Below are positions 60,791 to 64,000 of a stretch of 64,000 nt of DNA, piece after piece (positions within the stretch are counted from its first letter, which is position 1; every line of letters starts with the position of its first letter). The position numbers and the translations under genes are program-made. The notes beneath the pieces were generated by a model that ran no database searches, was not told where the DNA came from, and saw only the letters and a program-made list of their open reading frames with translations. This DNA comes from Pristiophorus japonicus (taxonomy: Eukaryota): contig NC_091982.1 of NCBI RefSeq assembly GCF_044704955.1, positions 102,610,001 to 102,674,000 on the forward strand, written 5' to 3'.

Positions 60791-62784
60791 CGCCTTGGCC
60801 ATCTTCCGCCTCTGAGTAAGAGTGCGCAGGCAGCGACGATAAGCATGAGGTGGTGCCGCGTTATATCACTGCCTCAATTGAATCAGCATGGTGCCAGTAT
60901 ATCTATTGCGCAGCTACAAATGCTGATTACCGCTCAGATTTTACCACCCCACTTACCGCCATTTAGCGCCTCAAGAGTGGGATGTAACATCTGATTTACC
61001 ACTTCAATCCCCTCCTCAGATGCTAACACTTACATTTGGCGGCGGTAATTAACACCAGGCGGTAAAATCACCGACCAGGCAGTGTCACCGCCTCTAAATG
61101 GGCGATACTGAAGTTCCACCCCATATGTTTCAATCTTAATAACTCTTTAAACTCAATATTTATATGTGCCTATCGTTACAGTACAATGACCTTGATCCTG
61201 AAATTCATCCTTCTCCAATGTTATCAGCTTAATTGAGGGGGAAGGACAGGCTTTTCGAGAACATGATTTAAACAAATATCACTCATGCCAACTTCACTTG
61301 TGTGCAAGCAAAGTAAGTCATTTTGAGGAAGTTCGTTTAGTGTTCATGTTGGTTGTATTACACATCTACATTTTATTAAAAATGCTGTCACTGGCGCGCA
61401 CTTCCTGTCAACAAGCATAGCTTCCTATAATACATTTCTGTTCTGTATTTCCCTCTGAATTACGGCACATTTTGGGTGGATTTGGGTGATAAATGGACTA
61501 AAGTGGGTTTCTAGACACTGCTGCATCAAATCCATTGCAAGAAATCTGGTCTTGAATTATCCTCCCAAAAAAGCACTCATCTCCTTCGAGTCCCGCCAGG
61601 AATCTACACCACTCATTCAAATGGGTTCAAGGGGGCCTGGTTAACCCCTTCCTCAGTAAAACTGCCTGATTGGGCATCATCAGCTCCTGCCTATTCCTGT
61701 AAGGCACCCCGCGCATCTCCCCCCCCCCCTCCCCCCCATCCCCCCACATGATGTGAAATGCAGAAGAGCTTGTTTAGCTGGGCTTATAGTCACATTGACC
61801 CTTGAAGAAATAGCACTGAATGTAAAGGCATGGCAATACTTTGAGGAAACACGTGACGTTGAGACTACCTGTCCCTGCAGCCCTTGTGGCAGGCAATGTG
61901 AGTTGGCAAGGTACTTTTGTGTAAAGAAGGTCCTTAAATGTTGGCAAAGGTGCTGAGAGAGAAAGGGTACAAGATGTAAGGAACGATGAAGGTTATCTGA
62001 GTTGTAGAAGATGTGTATTCGCAAGAGTGCCTTGACTTACCTTAGTCACCTTTCTGATGTTATTGAACCTCTTCTGGCACTGTGTGGCAGTTCCTGGTGT
62101 GGAGGAATTATTGAATTGTTTCTGTGTCTTTTACCATCTTCATTGAAGTCCTGGCGTGAAGTTGATGGTGTATGATGGTCTGGCTGCAGAGGGATGCCCA
62201 GCCAATTTGGGACACACACAATACGTAGAGTTGTATTTGTTGTAGAGATCAGAGGTGTCAAAATGGAAAACTGCAAGGGCAAGATTTGTCATGGTGAGAA
62301 GTATAACGCAGGATGATGGTTGGGACTTGTTTTCAATAAGTCAAGTAAGTCTATCCACCACTGTAGGGAGGCATAGCATGTTTATTGTTTTGTATTATTA
62401 CGTGAAAATATATTTTCACAGGTTGAATTAAATAATGCACTTTCTGTGAAATAAAGGAGTTTAATGATACATAATGATACATCTGACCAGGTGTTCTCTT
62501 GGTCTGTCTTGAAAGGAATTGGAGAAGCATGTGGGAACATGTGTGAAAGACATGAATATCTAGCTCAGATCACAAGCAGGGTCTATTGTTACACACAGGG
62601 TTATACTATCATACAGTTAGGTGTTCAGATCACTTATGAGAGTGACAAACTCAGATTCAGTCTATGTGGATAGACTATTTGAGTTAGATAGGTTAGGGAG
62701 GACCAGGAGACATAAGTATAAGTTACTTAAACATTGAGCTAGGTTAGATGTTGGGAGGTGCACAGTCCGCAAGTGTGACCCTGA

Positions 62785-63385
62785 GCTTCTGGTCGTCTGT
62801 CACTTTAATTCTTCACTCCATTCCCACTCTGACCACTCCATCCTCGGCCTCCTACACTGTTCCAATGAACCTCACGCAAGCTCGAGGAACAGCACCTCAT
62901 CTTTTGTTTAGGCGCTTTACAGCCTTCTAGACTCAACATCCAGTTCAACAATTTCAAAGTGTAACCGCTGCCAATCTTTGGATCCCTTTCCCACCCCCTC
63001 CCCCTCCGCCCCCCACAAGCCTATTTTTTTTCTCCTTGTCTCCAATGGCAGCTGGTCATTATTCCGCCATTCACACTCTATCTTGACTAATCCTTTTATA
63101 ACTCCTGCCATTAACATTTCAATTTAGCCCATCATCCCTTTTGTCTCTCTAATCTCTGCTGCCTTCCACCCTATCACAAACCTTCCCTTTTGTTCTTTCT
63201 TCCCCTCCCCCTTTCAGTGCTTCTTTAGAATGTGTTCTTTCTAAACACTCCCCAGTTCTGACGAAGGGTCGTTGACCCGAAACATTAACTCTGTTTCTCT
63301 CCACAGATGCTGCCTGACTCGCTGAGATTTCTAGCATTTTCTGTTTTTATTTCAGATTCCAGCATTCGTAGTAATTTGCTTTTGT
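62785..63385 (+). mobile_element. Penelope-like element 3' fragment (GIY-YIG C-terminus + pLTR)
   Basis: CHFNS..HSH.D, GLLHCSNE and RKLEEQHLIF.L..LQP..LNI.FNNF remnants, then a pyrimidine-rich UTR and the terminal repeat ...cacagatgctgcctgac..gctgag. Confidence 0.85.
63254..63290 (+). ncRNA. Minimal type I hammerhead ribozyme motif (probably inactivated)
   Basis: agtt-CTGACGA-a-gggtc(gtt)gaccc-GAAA-catt-aact gives stem I agtt/aact, stem II gggtc/gaccc and the conserved cores. Stem III reads ACAT instead of the palindromic ACGT. Confidence 0.7.
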
Positions 63386-64000
63386 ATAGATGTCGGGAGG
63401 CAGTTTTTTGCACAGTCATTGACCTATGGAACAAGTTGTCGCTTGGCAAATGAGTGTGGATTCTCTGCAAACAGTCAAAAGGGAGCTGGACACGTTCCGA
63501 ACTGTGGCTGACATCACTACGTATAGAAGGTGGGGGGGGGGGGGGAATGGAGAATGTCTCTCCCACTAATTGTGGTTTCCTGCAACTTCTTTCATTGCCA
63601 TCAGTGGCCAAAGAGGGATTTCCCAGAGTTATTGTTCCTAAATTGGTTGAGGGTTATTTTTTTGCCTCTCCCGGAGATTGTGGGTGATGCTGAGGGTGGG
63701 TAGGTATCAAGTTGTTCATAAATTGCACCAGTTAAACCAACATATAGCCAAGTCCCATTAAAAACAACACAGTGGTTTCACTCTCCTGGGGATCATGGGT
63801 GTGCATACATATCCCAGCATTCCCGTGGCACAATACATTAGCCCACCTCCGTGCAATGTTGACTTGGGGCTAGTGGTTCCTTTAAACTGTTAGCTGCATA
63901 TTAGCGGCTGCAACTGCCGATAGCAGGTTTACTACTAGCAATGCTAGAATGGGATATGATATGGCATTTTGAAGCTGTTAAGATCCCAAGCATCAGCAGG

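Larger units (their letters stand above)
56778..61122. mobile_element. Decayed Harbinger copy H4
   Basis: Right TIR ctgaagttccacccc; left end degraded (gcccaaatttc). accgcc/ggcggt subterminal motifs at both ends. Two convergent genes. Confidence 0.85.

Overview
This window is repeat-saturated vertebrate non-coding DNA (intergenic or deep intronic). The repeat mix points to a shark or other cartilaginous fish; this is an inference from the CR1, RTE, L2, Penelope and SacSINE1-like repeats. No host protein-coding gene, tRNA, rRNA or CRISPR array could be supported. The dominant content is PIF/Harbinger DNA transposons: four decayed two-gene copies (HARBI1-type DDE transposase convergent with a 3-exon Myb/SANT gene), one deletion derivative, and about ten non-autonomous MITEs with related TIRs and 3-bp TSDs, often nested in one another. 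Also present are many CR1 LINE fragments (two with long intact RT ORFs), RTE LINEs and RTE-derived non-autonomous elements, an L2 fragment, Gypsy gag/LTR relics, two solo LTRs, a Tigger-like MITE, Penelope fragments with a minimal hammerhead motif, and three minisatellites. I found no clearly novel biological system. The best leads are a Y-NWN-R Harbinger target preference with one insertion inside another element's TIR, splice donors shared by unrelated MITEs, a MITE with a swappable tandem-repeat slot, a 1.45-kb solo LTR, and an unexplained, highly conserved duplicated 77-bp element. All coordinates were read by eye, and the ends of degraded elements are approximate.
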